Assembly (NCBI GenBank): GCA_963676915.2
Contig: CAXXVK010000007.1
Location: forward strand, 1-45,568
Source: Myxococcota bacterium
GTDB lineage: Bacteria > Myxococcota_A > SURF-8 > G963663525
DNA length: 45,568 bases
Reading direction: 5' to 3'
Below, one piece after another: positions 10,474-19,903 of the stretch. Numbering within the stretch: position 1 is the stretch's first letter; each line of letters starts with the position of its first letter. The position numbers were made by a program, and so were the translations under genes. The notes beneath the pieces were generated by a model. The model searched no databases and was not told where the DNA came from. It was given only the letters and a program-made list of their open reading frames with translations.

Positions 10474-10492
10474 TCGGCACGCTTTCAAATTT

Positions 10493-10535
10493 AAACCGCA
10501 TTCTCCCGTTTTTGTTGGGGAATGCGGTTTTTTTT
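10493..10535 (+). terminator. Rho-independent terminator of the PPIase gene
   Basis: AAACCGCATTCTCC...GGGGAATGCGGTTT stem followed by a T run, about 20 nt after the stop codon. Confidence 0.8.
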
Positions 10536-10581
10536 GATTCCAGACTGGAATCAGGAGGTGACACGTTGGCGATGTCGAATC

Positions 10582-10749
10582 CAGCTTGCTGACAAAGTTG
10601 TTTTGTCGCTTAAACACGCAGGCATACTGAACAGTCTGTCGAGGATGAAAATCGGGAAACAAGTGAAAGATCGAGGATTTTCAAGTCGTAGCAGATTCTT
10701 CATGGATTATGCGGGTTAAGCTTCAATAATTTCAAGAAGTTACAGACGG
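10582..10749 (+). mobile_element. Nested MITE-like elements: family-1 element (about 10614-10716) inside a truncated family-2 element
   Basis: Outer parts match 29180-29243 (CAGCTTGCTGA...CTTCAATAATTTCAA.AAGTTA.AGACGG). The inner ACACGCA...TGCGGGT matches the copies at 17808 and 43337. TTAA is present at both junctions. Confidence 0.7.
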
Positions 10750-10859
10750 GAGGAACAGGTTGCAATCCTGCTCTATCTTCGGTGACGGCCAGATGCGGGA
10801 ATAACGGGTCGTTTCGCGCTGTTTTGTGTTAAATCCTATCGAAAGGATCAAAAAGAAAG

Positions 10860-10925
10860 TCCGATGGTTCAGGTTTTCAACCTGAACAGAAACGTTTAAG
10901 AGCAGGATTCAATCCTGCTCCATCT
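10860..10925 (+). repeat. 66-bp direct repeat, copy 1 (pair of opposed GATGG-hairpins)
   Basis: TCCGATGGTTCAGGTTTTCAACCTGAAC...GAGCAGGATTCAATCCTGCTCCATCT; 2 mismatches versus 11589-11654. Confidence 0.9.
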
Positions 10926-10930
10926 AAGGG

Positions 10931-11497
10931 TTAAACATCAATTGCTTTCCATTTGCCATTGATTCTTTGAACAATATCTAATAATGAGCCATCGTTAAGC
11001 ATTATGCCTTGAAGTTCATTCTTCATTATTTCTTCAATGTCCCTACTTGAAAAATTTAATTTTTCATCAATATTTTCTCTTAAATTTTCAATTGTTGAGC
11101 CATTTGTGTCGCCATTTTTTAGTGCAGTCAGAACTATACCGGCTTCCCAAGAAATCTCAGCGCCCTTCCTTCGATATTTCCATAAATAAAAGACCAGAGA
11201 TGAAATTATAGATATCGCAGGATGCGCCAGTAAAGAAATTGCCCAATTAAGAATTATTTCTTTAGCAACACTATCCACTAAATGAAGATCATTTTCAGAA
11301 ACTACATAGTATTTTGTTTTTTGAGTATTAAGAACGTGATGAAGAGCCTTTTTTTCATATGCCGGTTTCATTTCATATTCAAGATCGCTAATAATCAACT
11401 CCATTATCTTTTTTTGGAGACGTCTTGGAAATGAGGATAAGGTTTTTTCTAATTCATTTTCAAAATCTTCTGCTAGCCAGTATGATGTTATAGACAT
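10931..11497 (-). CDS. Low-GC hypothetical protein with a central hydrophobic segment
   Basis: Open frame in very AT-rich DNA; ATG at 11497 preceded by AAGGAA (ORF track starts at TTG 11524); hydrophobic segment IILNWAISLL...SLVFYLW followed by KYRRK. Confidence 0.7.
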   Translation of the reverse strand: MSITSYWLAEDFENELEKTLSSFPRRLQKKIMELIISDLEYEMKPAYEKKALHHVLNTQKTKYYVVSENDLHLVDSVAKEIILNWAISLLAHPAISIISSLVFYLWKYRRKGAEISWEAGIVLTALKNGDTNGSTIENLRENIDEKLNFSSRDIEEIMKNELQGIMLNDGSLLDIVQRINGKWKAIDV

Positions 11498-11588
11498 AAA
11501 CAATTCCTTTTTACAATAGAGCAACCACTTCAGACGACGGGTGAGCCTACAAGCTTTAAAATTAAATGACGAATGGGTTGCTACCCCT

Positions 11589-11654
11589 TCCGATGGTTCA
11601 GGTTTTCAACCTGAACTGAAACATTTAAGAGCAGGATTCAATCCTGCTCCATCT
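11589..11654 (+). repeat. 66-bp direct repeat, copy 2
   Basis: Matches 10860-10925; overlaps a 10-bp tandem duplication CCATCTTAGC x2 (11649-11668). Confidence 0.9.
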
Positions 11655-11688
11655 TAGCCCATCTTAGCTGAATACACGCCGTTTCGTA

Positions 11689-12834
11689 TCAAATCCGGTC
11701 AAACGGATCGACGGTTTCGCGCTCTTCCAAGCTTTCCTGTCGGCTGCGTAACAGCTTTTTGGTAAACTCCACTTCGAGCGGGAAGTAGGATTCGAAGGCC
11801 GGACAGCGGATGTCGGTATCTTTGAGGGCTTCGAGCGTTGTGGCGCAGTTATGCACGGCCTGGTGATTGAAGTATTCGTAAACCTGTTTCGGAAACGACA
11901 GGATGCTTTCGATCATCGGAATGTACAAAATCCCTTTATACATGGTTTGCGGCACGCCGAAAGAAGGCATCGAGCGCCCGAGGTAGGTGCAACAAAACCT
12001 CGAAAAAACGTTTTGAACGTCAACGGATAGGGATCGCTCAGGTGGATAGGTTCCTCCCGCCGTATCTTTGCGCGCCGTCAAATGCAATGCCGCCTTGACC
12101 ACGTAATCCGATGGCGTGAAGTTGGCGATGCCGTGGCAGTTTCCCGGCAGGAAAATCGGCTTGTTGCGGTCGGCCAGCAACACGGTGAGCATCAACTTCA
12201 GCGGTCCCTCGAAGGCGGTGACCTCGCCGGTCTGACTGTCCCCCAGGAGCGGTCCCATGCGGAAAACGTTGGTCGGAACCTGTTTCATGACCCGGTTGAC
12301 GATGGTTTCACCCCGAAAACAGGTCAATTCCATATGGTTGCGAAAACGCTGGCCTTTATCCAACTCGTTTTCCCGAATCACGCCTTTGCGGCGACCGGAA
12401 GTGTAGAGGCTCGAAAAATGGGCGAAGCGTTTCAGGTTTTCACAATCTTTGGCGAAATCGACGATCCGGGAGACGCCTTCCACGTTGAGCCGCAGGTAAT
12501 CCCGGCGGCTGAGTCCGGTATAGGTACAGGTGGACAGATTGAAAATGTAACGGATTTTCTGGGCCAGCTCGTTGTATTCCTCACCGGAAAGACCCATGTC
12601 CAGGGCGCTGATCGTTCCTTCGTATAGTTTGATGCGCCGCAGTTTCGCACGGGTGTAACGGGCGGCGAGGGTCTTTTTGACACGTACGGAACTTTCGGGC
12701 AGTACGAGCAGACATACGGTTGTTCCGCGCCAGAGATCCAACAATTCATCGACCATCCGCAATGCGATGAATTCCGGGTATCCGATCACGAGAACGTGCT
12801 GTTTTATCGCGTTCCCGGAGGATGTACCTGCCAT
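11689..12834 (-). CDS. Extended SDR / thioester-reductase-like (NAD_binding_4) protein with degenerate motifs
   Basis: VLVIGYPEFIA, LYEG.I..DMGLS, LNVEG, HFSSLYTSG, FRNHME, GDSQTGE. GGGGAGG RBS before ATG 12834. TYHLSDP appears in another frame near 12046, implying compensating indels. Confidence 0.75.
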   Translation of the reverse strand: MAGTSSGNAIKQHVLVIGYPEFIALRMVDELLDLWRGTTVCLLVLPESSVRVKKTLAARYTRAKLRRIKLYEGTISALDMGLSGEEYNELAQKIRYIFNLSTCTYTGLSRRDYLRLNVEGVSRIVDFAKDCENLKRFAHFSSLYTSGRRKGVIRENELDKGQRFRNHMELTCFRGETIVNRVMKQVPTNVFRMGPLLGDSQTGEVTAFEGPLKLMLTVLLADRNKPIFLPGNCHGIANFTPSDYVVKAALHLTARKDTAGGTYPPERSLSVDVQNVFSRFCCTYLGRSMPSFGVPQTMYKGILYIPMIESILSFPKQVYEYFNHQAVHNCATTLEALKDTDIRCPAFESYFPLEVEFTKKLLRSRQESLEERETVDPFDRI

Positions 12835-12885
12835 GCCTGCCTCCCCTGAAGTTCTTATCGAACCCATCGAGCGAAAACGAACGTT

Positions 12886-13516
12886 TCAACAACGAATGCT
12901 TTCGCCCTCTTTTTCCCACTGTCGCCAGAGATCTTGTACTTTTACCAGAGTTTGTTCCGTCGATCCCGAGTTGTCTATGACCCAATCGGCAACTTTCGTT
13001 TTTTCTTCGGTCTTCATCTGGCTTTCGATCATCGCCCGAGCCTGCCGCTCGTCCATTTCGTCGCGAACCGTCAGGCGACGAAGTTGCTCGGCGTCGTTCA
13101 CCGTAACCACCACCAAACCATCGAAAGTATTGTACAAACCGGTTTCGACAAGCAGCGCCGCTTCGTAAATAGCAATGGAGCAATCGGCTTGTTCCAACGC
13201 GACCAGCTTTTCGGAGGTCAGCCGTTGGACTTCCGGATGCACGATGGCTTCCAGATCGCTGCGAGCCGTCGCGTCCTCGAACACAACCCCTCGCAAACCA
13301 GGCACGATTCAAGGTGCCGTCACTGGCAACCGCCTGGGGACCGAAACGTTTGAAAATACGTTCGAAAGCCGGACGTCCCGGTTCCACGGCCTCTCTTGAA
13401 ACCTGGTCGGCGTCGATCACTCCCGCTCCGAGTTTTCCGAACATCGCCGCCACGGTACTTTTTCCGCTGGCGATTCCACCGGTCAAACCGAACACTCGCA
13501 TAGGCAATTCCCTCAT
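12886..13516 (-). CDS. coaE: Dephospho-CoA kinase; frameshift at about 13296
   Basis: GLTGGIASGKST, IDAD, LEAIVHP, EAALLVE, ADWVIDNSG motifs split across two frames; removing one T restores LNRAWLRGVVF. Confidence 0.9.
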
Positions 13517-13709
13517 GGTTTCATAGAAGTATAGCGTGTCACCGGGCTAAGGTCGAATTTTTCCCAGGAAGCAAAGAAAGATAGGGCGTGAATGGCAAGT
13601 GGGAAAACCGAGGTTCCTTGCTAAAAAAACGCGGACTAAAACGAAGGTCGGGCCAATTTCTTGTCTAAAACCCCTCATATGGTTTTTTTGCAGTATCGAA
13701 AATTCCCCA

Positions 13710-15701
13710 TCAGGGATTCAGCACACCAGCACCGTGAGCAGGAATCGTGCTCCCCTCGACCACTTCTTCACTTTCCGACAGGTTCATTTTCAGACGTTGG
13801 CCATCAGGCAACACCCAAGTGGTTGGAACTACATGATGAATTCCATCCACGGCAAAATCATAGACGTGGTTTACCAAGGCATCCGGCGGCTGGCTCGGAT
13901 AGGGATTTTCCGGCCGCGACACCTCGCCTCCCAGCGCCAGTCCTACTCGGACATCGTCAAGCCCCCAGGCGTAGCGCTCGGAATCGAGTTGCCGCAGATC
14001 GTCCGACAGAAACAGCCCGCCTCCCGCCAACGCTACGACCCAGGAACCGAACTCTATTTCGTCCCGGTTCAGTTCGCGCATCAACAGCGGGTCCGGGTCG
14101 CAATAGACGCTTTGACATAAAAACCATCGGCTGGAGAGCGAACGCAACTGGTTGACCATGAAATCTCAAGAGATACCAATAGCATCGTAGGCAATGTCTG
14201 TTCCTAGCCGCCATGCTTCGGCATGTTTGAAGCTGGCTACAGCCGGAGCACCGACCGCCAGCAGCGTCACGTCGTCCCCTGCCGCCTGACGGATGATTTC
14301 CATTCCACAATGAAAAGCTTCCATGCCGGTTACGTCTTCAGCCCGGATGCCTTCAAAGGTCGCGGCAAAGAGAAAATCGATTTTCAGCAGACCATATCCC
14401 CATCCTACGATCCTTGAAATTACTCCCGTCAGGTGTTCTTCCACTGCCGGATTGGTCGGATCGAGAATGAACATCGCCCCGTGGACCTGGTGAATCCAAC
14501 GAATCGGCTTGGCTTTCCCATCGACCGCATCGAGTTCCTTGACGAACCAGTCGGGATGCTCCGTAGCCAGTTCGCTGTCTTCCTGCATGAGAAACGGAGC
14601 CAACCAGATCCCTGCGGCAAAGCCTTTTTCATTCAACGTCGTAGCCAGGCCATCCATTCCGTCCGGGAATTTGTCGTTGGCTTCCCATTCTCCCCATTTT
14701 TTCTGCCAACCATCATCGACAACGATTGTCATCTCAGCGTTTTCACTGGAAAAATCGGCCAGCGCGGTTTTTGTGAGATCCGCATTCGCCAGTACGGCAT
14801 CTTCGTCCACGCCATCCCACAATTCGTACCAGGAATTCCACCCGGCAACCATGCGACCATAGGAGGAATGGCGCGATTCGAGAGATTGGCCGTAGGTTTC
14901 CTGCAAAACGGTCAGATCGGAATCTATCCCGAGATACCAACGCTCGCTGGTTACATCTTCCTCGGCAGCGAGGATGATGCTTTCTCCCGCACCTCCACAA
15001 CCGAGAAGAATACCGAGCGAATCCGATTCTTTGAACATCGACACCCAGGGTTTTAGCCGGTCGCCGGTCAAGGCACCGGTAAAGAAATGATTCGAACCCG
15101 CCCCGGTGAAGCTGTACCACCAGGACATCTCACGACCCTCTCGCGCCGCTTCGGCATCGCCATGCAACTGTATGGATTCCCACAAGGTTTCGTCATCGGG
15201 ACGACCTTGCAAAGCGATCATCCCGCTTTGGGACCAGCTTTGAAATCCGTTGGACATCCAAGAGGTAGCTCCCGGCAATTCGCCCTGTCCCTCCAAAACA
15301 ACGGCTTGGACGGTTTCTTCTCCGGCAGCATGAAATCCGAACGTCACTTCGGGAGGATCGATCTCCACGAACAGCTCTCCACGATCCGCCACAGGGCAAC
15401 TCAAACGAGTTCCCGTGACGTTACAGAACAAATCCGTTCCGTGCCCTCCGAGCTTTCCGTTACTTGTCCATACGGCAGGCAACAACAAGATCGTAGCCGT
15501 CGAATCTCCCGAAGAAACTTTCAAGCCTTGAGGAGTCAGTTCGATGGAATCCCAACCGGGCGGTGACGCTTCCCCTGTGATTTCGGCATCTTGGTCTCCA
15601 CCATCCGCTCCCACTTCATCATCGGAAGTGGAATTGCATCCCATGGACAACAGGAGAAAAATCGTTACGATCCAAAATGGAAAACGTTTCGGAACCTTCA
15701 C
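13710..15701 (-). CDS. Lipoprotein glycoside hydrolase family 36 (alpha-galactosidase-like), interrupted by an in-frame TGA at 14166-14168
   Basis: Lipobox LSMG-C; GWNSWY, DDGWQ, KFPDGM, GIWLAPF, LKIDF, WRLGTD; the same frame continues after TGA (IS*DFMVNQLRS..DPD..LFLSDDL). Confidence 0.8.
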
Positions 15702-15737
15702 AAACTCACCTCGATTCGACTTCGTTTTTCCAGCCTC

Positions 15738-16763
15738 TTATTTACCCACCACGCCAAGAATCTGGTATTTGTGAACCGCGGCGTTGTGTTCTTTCAATGT
15801 TTTCGAAAACTTATGCCGTCCGTTGTTCATCGCAACAAAATACAGATAGTCGGTCTTCGCCGGATTGGCAACCGCCAGAATAGCGTCTTTTCCGGGGTTG
15901 GCGATCGGACCTTTGGGCAGACCTGAGTGAACGTATGTATTGTAGGGATGAGGATCGCGCAGGTGAGCGCGGGTCAGGTTGCCGTCGAAATTCTTCAGCC
16001 CGTAAATCACCGTCGGGTCGGCTTGAAGAATCATCCCTCGCTTGAGGCGGTTGAGATACACGCTGGCGATGACCGGACGTTCCACAGCCGCCCCGGTTTC
16101 TTTTTCCACGATGGCTGCAAGATTCACCGCCTCGTGCGGCGTCAACCCCTTGGCTTGGAATTTGGCCACCACTTCCGGTGTGAAGAGTTCCTGTGTCGAA
16201 CGCACCATGCGCTCGACGATTTTTTCCATCACGAAAGGTTTGGGGAATGAATAGGTTTCCGGCAGCAGGTATCCTTCAAGCGTTTCGGCAGGCACACCGA
16301 GACGCCGAGCCATCTCGGGATCGCGGCATAACTTCGTGAAATGTTTAGCGGAACCCATTCCGGCTTTTTCAACGAGCGCTGCAATTTCCTCGATACGCAA
16401 CCCTTCGGGAATCGTTACGTTGTACTGTTTTTCCACCTGTGTCGCCAAGATTTCCAGCAAATCCTTGGGAGATTTTCCAGTAGGAATTTCGAATTCTCCG
16501 GCACGGGGTGAAGGAAGATCATCGACCAGTCGGTTGAGATATTTCCGGTAAGGATGATCTTTTACAAGTCCTTGCTTTACCAGCAGATTCAACGCGCCCC
16601 GAAGGGTGGTTCCCGAGGAAACGGTCAACGTGACCTGTTTGCCCGCCGTTCCATACGGCGCTTCATACCAGGATTTCAGATCATTGGCCTGATACCCCAG
16701 CCACGCCACCGCCGCCAGAATAACAACCACCAGCCCCAACAAAGCAACCTTCAGGATTTTCAA
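15738..16763 (-). CDS. mltG: Endolytic transglycosylase MltG
   Basis: TIPEG, LEGYLLPETY, AAIVEKE, LQADPTV.YG, PYNTY..GLP.GPIANPG. Probable TTG start at 16763 after GGAGGGG. Confidence 0.95.
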   Translation of the reverse strand: MKILKVALLGLVVVILAAVAWLGYQANDLKSWYEAPYGTAGKQVTLTVSSGTTLRGALNLLVKQGLVKDHPYRKYLNRLVDDLPSPRAGEFEIPTGKSPKDLLEILATQVEKQYNVTIPEGLRIEEIAALVEKAGMGSAKHFTKLCRDPEMARRLGVPAETLEGYLLPETYSFPKPFVMEKIVERMVRSTQELFTPEVVAKFQAKGLTPHEAVNLAAIVEKETGAAVERPVIASVYLNRLKRGMILQADPTVIYGLKNFDGNLTRAHLRDPHPYNTYVHSGLPKGPIANPGKDAILAVANPAKTDYLYFVAMNNGRHKFSKTLKEHNAAVHKYQILGVVGK

Positions 16764-17197
16764 CGTTCCCCTCCACTTGTCCCTGCCATGGACTGCGCGT
16801 CCAGCCATCCTTGCAAAATCATCGTCGCAGCGATTTTATCGATCACGTTTTTTCGCTTTTTCCGTTTGACGTTGGCTTCCAGCAATACTCGTTCGGCGGC
16901 CACGCTGGTGAGGCGTTCATCCCAGAACTCGACCTCCACACCAAGCGCTTCATGCACCAAATCCCCTAATTTTCTAGCCATTTCGGCGCTGGCGCCTTCC
17001 GAGCCGTTCATGTGTTTCGGCAACCCGATCACTACACGGTCAAGCTCGTATTCCGCTACACGTTCTTTCAACGCTACCGTCATCTCTTCGGGCGATCCGG
17101 CCTGAATCACGTCGAGCGGCTGGGCGGTCCAGCCCATTTCATCGCTGATCGCCACTCCCAGCCGTTTCGTTCCTGCATCCAGCCCCAAAATCCGCAT
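16760..17197 (-). CDS. ruvX: Holliday junction resolvase-like RuvX/YqgF
   Basis: RILGLD.GTKRLGVAISD, VIGLP, WDERLTS, IDKIAA..ILQ. Confidence 0.95.
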   Translation of the reverse strand: MRILGLDAGTKRLGVAISDEMGWTAQPLDVIQAGSPEEMTVALKERVAEYELDRVVIGLPKHMNGSEGASAEMARKLGDLVHEALGVEVEFWDERLTSVAAERVLLEANVKRKKRKNVIDKIAATMILQGWLDAQSMAGTSGGER

Positions 17198-17361
17198 ACG
17201 TTAATCCCGTCTTGCTATAAAATCCCACCGTTTTCCGTTGAAACACGAAAAAACGATCGATTTCGTACGTCCTTTGCTAACACTTGATTGTATCGAAAAA
17301 TCCGGGTGTACAAAACCTTTTTCGCGTTTCGGTGAACCCGGAGAGGTGAAACCTGAAAAGT

Positions 17362-17643
17362 TTACTGGCTGAGCAGGTCGCAGCTATCCTCGTCCCATTC
17401 TTCCAGCGTCTGGTGACAATTCTGCCGTTCGTCCTGGGTGGCTTTGGAACATTTGTAGCCCCGCTCCCGCAAACTGCCATTGTCGATGCACAGGCAGGCG
17501 GCTTCCCAGTGCTCGGCGACCGTTGGGCATTGGGAGCAAATCCTGTGCGCCAGCACTTCACAGGGACGGTAATCCCCGCAGCCGATCATCGGAATACCGA
17601 AGACGGTAAGCAAAAACAACAGGATGGCCGACCAACGATTCAT
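17362..17643 (-). CDS. Small Cys-rich lipoprotein
   Basis: Lipobox MIG-C plus 8 further Cys in 93 aa; AAGGAA RBS. Confidence 0.7.
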   Translation of the reverse strand: MNRWSAILLFLLTVFGIPMIGCGDYRPCEVLAHRICSQCPTVAEHWEAACLCIDNGSLRERGYKCSKATQDERQNCHQTLEEWDEDSCDLLSQ

Positions 17644-17807
17644 TTCGTTCCTTGCACGCTTCAGGGGAGTTTTGTTTATCGCTCCCCAAGGGAGAAGTCA
17701 AGCTGGAAGCAGAAAAACGGGTGGAAATAATGAATCCCGCACAATTCATGACAATCGTAGCGAGACGCTGAAAATCAAAACCATTTCATGAGCGTGGAGG
17801 TTTTTTT

Positions 17808-17897
17808 TCACGCAAACGAACTGAACGGTCTGTCGAGGATGAAAATCGGGAAACGAGTGAAAGATCGAAAGTTTCACGATGAAGATGATTCTTCATC
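17808..17897 (+). mobile_element. MITE-like family-1 copy (degenerate right end)
   Basis: CTGAACGGTCTGTCGAGGATGAAAATCGGGAAACGAGTGAAAGATCGA is nearly identical to 10627-10674. Confidence 0.75.
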
Positions 17898-17933
17898 AAG
17901 TTTTTCGGATTTTGCGAATTTGGTATCAAGCAC

Positions 17934-17962
17934 AAAGGATCTACCCGTTGGGCAGATCCTTT
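17934..17962 (-). terminator. Terminator hairpin downstream of htpX
   Basis: AAAGGATCTACCC-gtt-GGGCAGATCCTTT. Confidence 0.65.
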
Positions 17963-17991
17963 CGTTAACCGATCGTTTGGACTTTTTTGCG

Positions 17992-18855
17992 TCAGTATGC
18001 GCCGTATCCGACCTTTTCCTGTTGTTCCATCAGGCGGCGGATGCGCTCTTCGGGATCGGGATGGGTGGAGAAAAGCTGCGCCATGTTCTGGCCAGAAAGC
18101 GGGTTGGAGATGAACATGTGCGCTGTGGCTTGTCCGGCCTCTTGCATGGGGATGGCTCGAGCCGTCGCGGTGATTTTTCGCAGGGCGTCGGCGAGCGCTT
18201 TCGGTTTGCCGGTCAATTCCCCGGCGCGTTGATCGGCGGCATATTCGCGGCTACGGCTGACGGCCATTTGCACCAGCATGGCGGCGATCGGCAGCACGAT
18301 CATACCCACCAGCAATCCGATAAAACCGAAGGGGTTGTCCTCGTCGTCCCCACCGCCGAAAATCATCGCCCACTGCGCCATGCTGGCCAGCATGCTGATG
18401 GCTCCGGCCATGGTGCCCGCGATGGTGCCGATCAAAATGTCCCGGTGCAGAACGTGCCCCAGTTCGTGGGCCAGCACGCCTTCCAATTCGTCTCGATCCA
18501 AGGTACGCATAAGTCCTTGCGTGACCGCCACCGCCGCGTGGTTCGGATTGCGGCCCGTGGCGAAGGCATTGGGAGATTCGCTTGGCAGGATGTAGACTTT
18601 CGGCATGGGAATCTCTGCTTTGCGGGCGAGATTTTCCACGATTTCATGCAGTTGCGGCGCTTCATTGCGCGAGACTTCCTGACCACGGTACATTTTCAGC
18701 ACGAGTTTGTCCGAGTACCAGTAGCTGAAGAAGTTCATACCTACGGCAAAAACCAGCGCGATGGCCATTCCCGTTGGTCCTGCAAGGATCTGCCCGGCGA
18801 CAAGCAGAATGGAGGTCAGGACGAACATCAGAAGCATGGTTTTAAGCATATTCAT
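17992..18855 (-). CDS. htpX: Zinc metalloprotease HtpX (M48)
   Basis: PNAFATGR, GVLAHELGHV (HExxH), SRSREYAAD, LFSTHP. Probable start MNMLKT at 18855. Confidence 0.96.
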   Translation of the reverse strand: MNMLKTMLLMFVLTSILLVAGQILAGPTGMAIALVFAVGMNFFSYWYSDKLVLKMYRGQEVSRNEAPQLHEIVENLARKAEIPMPKVYILPSESPNAFATGRNPNHAAVAVTQGLMRTLDRDELEGVLAHELGHVLHRDILIGTIAGTMAGAISMLASMAQWAMIFGGGDDEDNPFGFIGLLVGMIVLPIAAMLVQMAVSRSREYAADQRAGELTGKPKALADALRKITATARAIPMQEAGQATAHMFISNPLSGQNMAQLFSTHPDPEERIRRLMEQQEKVGYGAY

Positions 18856-18902
18856 GGTGGATACCCTCATTCTTTCGTTTTCGTCCCCCGTCAATTGACC
18901 TA

Positions 18903-18931
18903 AAAGTAAGGTTAGTGTAGCAAAACGTCAA
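18903..18931 (-). promoter_or_regulatory. Sigma70-like promoter of htpX
   Basis: TTGACG-17 nt-TACTTT on the minus strand. Confidence 0.5.
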
Positions 18932-19002
18932 GCATTCGTGAGACGGATTGGATGTCGATTTTTTCGATTGACGATATGAAAAGTCGTAGGTAGGGCGAAT
19001 TT

Positions 19003-19806
19003 TCACCTTACTTTCAAATCATTGGTATCGGGTTTCGATGATCTGGAAGCATCCGCCACATAGGCCGCGAGTGTTACGACGAACACTGCAAACAAACCAT
19101 AGGCCCAGGGCATGTATACCGGCATTCCCAGGATTTCACTCGTGCGATAGCTCCAGGCTCCGGCGAGAATCGGCAGGGATTCCACCAGGGGGCCGAGTAT
19201 TCCCCCCACGATCAGCAGAACCAGCGTTTCCTTACGCAGCATGAACAAGGCGACACCGAAGGTCAGAACGGCGGCAGCGACGAGAGCGGTGATGGTCTGG
19301 TTTCCCAAGGAAACGAAAAGGACGGTTTGCAGCAGAATCGCGCCGATCAGCCAATACGGCGTCAAAATGCTTCGTGGCGTACGAAACGGGCGTTTCGTTA
19401 CTGTTTCGGCAATTACGACCAGCGAAAGGGGAAAACAGGTCCATCCGGGAAGTATCCACAAGGGGATGGCGGGTAGTTCGCCGGTGTCGGAGTACGTCCA
19501 CAGTCCACCGAAAACACAGGCGATTTCTACAATCGGACCAACGATCATTCCCACAAGGGCGAGCCGTAGCACACGTTTTTTATTCCGAAAAAGCAACGAC
19601 AGGAAAAACGGAAAGGGGAGGGCAACCAGAGTCAGTATGTAGGGAGATGCCCAGAACACGCTTACGGCAAAACTGAAGGCTAGAGCCAGCAAACCGACGC
19701 TGGTGAGAGTCGCGATTCTGGTTTTCATCTGAAGCATCGTGGTTTGTTTCGTCGTAAATGGTTGATGATACCTCACTATTGTACGCTTCCTGGAAGATTC
19801 GGGCAA
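19003..19806 (-). CDS. Membrane protein with two internal repeats (DUF2878-like); start possibly at ATG 19737
   Basis: Duplicated G.I.GP.VE...GxWxY....xPxW/Y..xW motif; multiple hydrophobic segments. Confidence 0.65.
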   Translation of the reverse strand: MPESSRKRTIVRYHQPFTTKQTTMLQMKTRIATLTSVGLLALAFSFAVSVFWASPYILTLVALPFPFFLSLLFRNKKRVLRLALVGMIVGPIVEIACVFGGLWTYSDTGELPAIPLWILPGWTCFPLSLVVIAETVTKRPFRTPRSILTPYWLIGAILLQTVLFVSLGNQTITALVAAAVLTFGVALFMLRKETLVLLIVGGILGPLVESLPILAGAWSYRTSEILGMPVYMPWAYGLFAVFVVTLAAYVADASRSSKPDTNDLKVR

Positions 19807-19874
19807 GGTTCGGGTGCTAATTCTTCAAGGAGACTTATTGTTACACCCAGAAACCTGTTTGCAAAAAACCGGAC

Positions 19875-19903
19875 TTGCATTGAAAGCCAAACTGTCATAG
19901 GAT
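19875..19903 (+). promoter_or_regulatory. Possible sigma70 promoter
   Basis: TTGCAT-17 nt-TAGGAT upstream of the 19972 gene. Confidence 0.35.

Noticed and set aside
10522-10719. Short ORFs sharing LSRMKIGK.VKDR (also at the start of the 17788 ORF)
   Set aside because: The shared peptide is just the translation of the MITE-like repeat.
10860-11654. Integron attC cassette interpretation (the gene stop lies within GTTTAAC, matching RYYYAAC)
   Set aside because: There is no matching GTTRRRY at the far end of the repeat, the second copy lacks the AAC box, and no intI is in the window.
14166-14168. Genome-wide TGA reassignment (code 4 or 25)
   Set aside because: era, htpX, guaB and proB end at TGA at their expected lengths.
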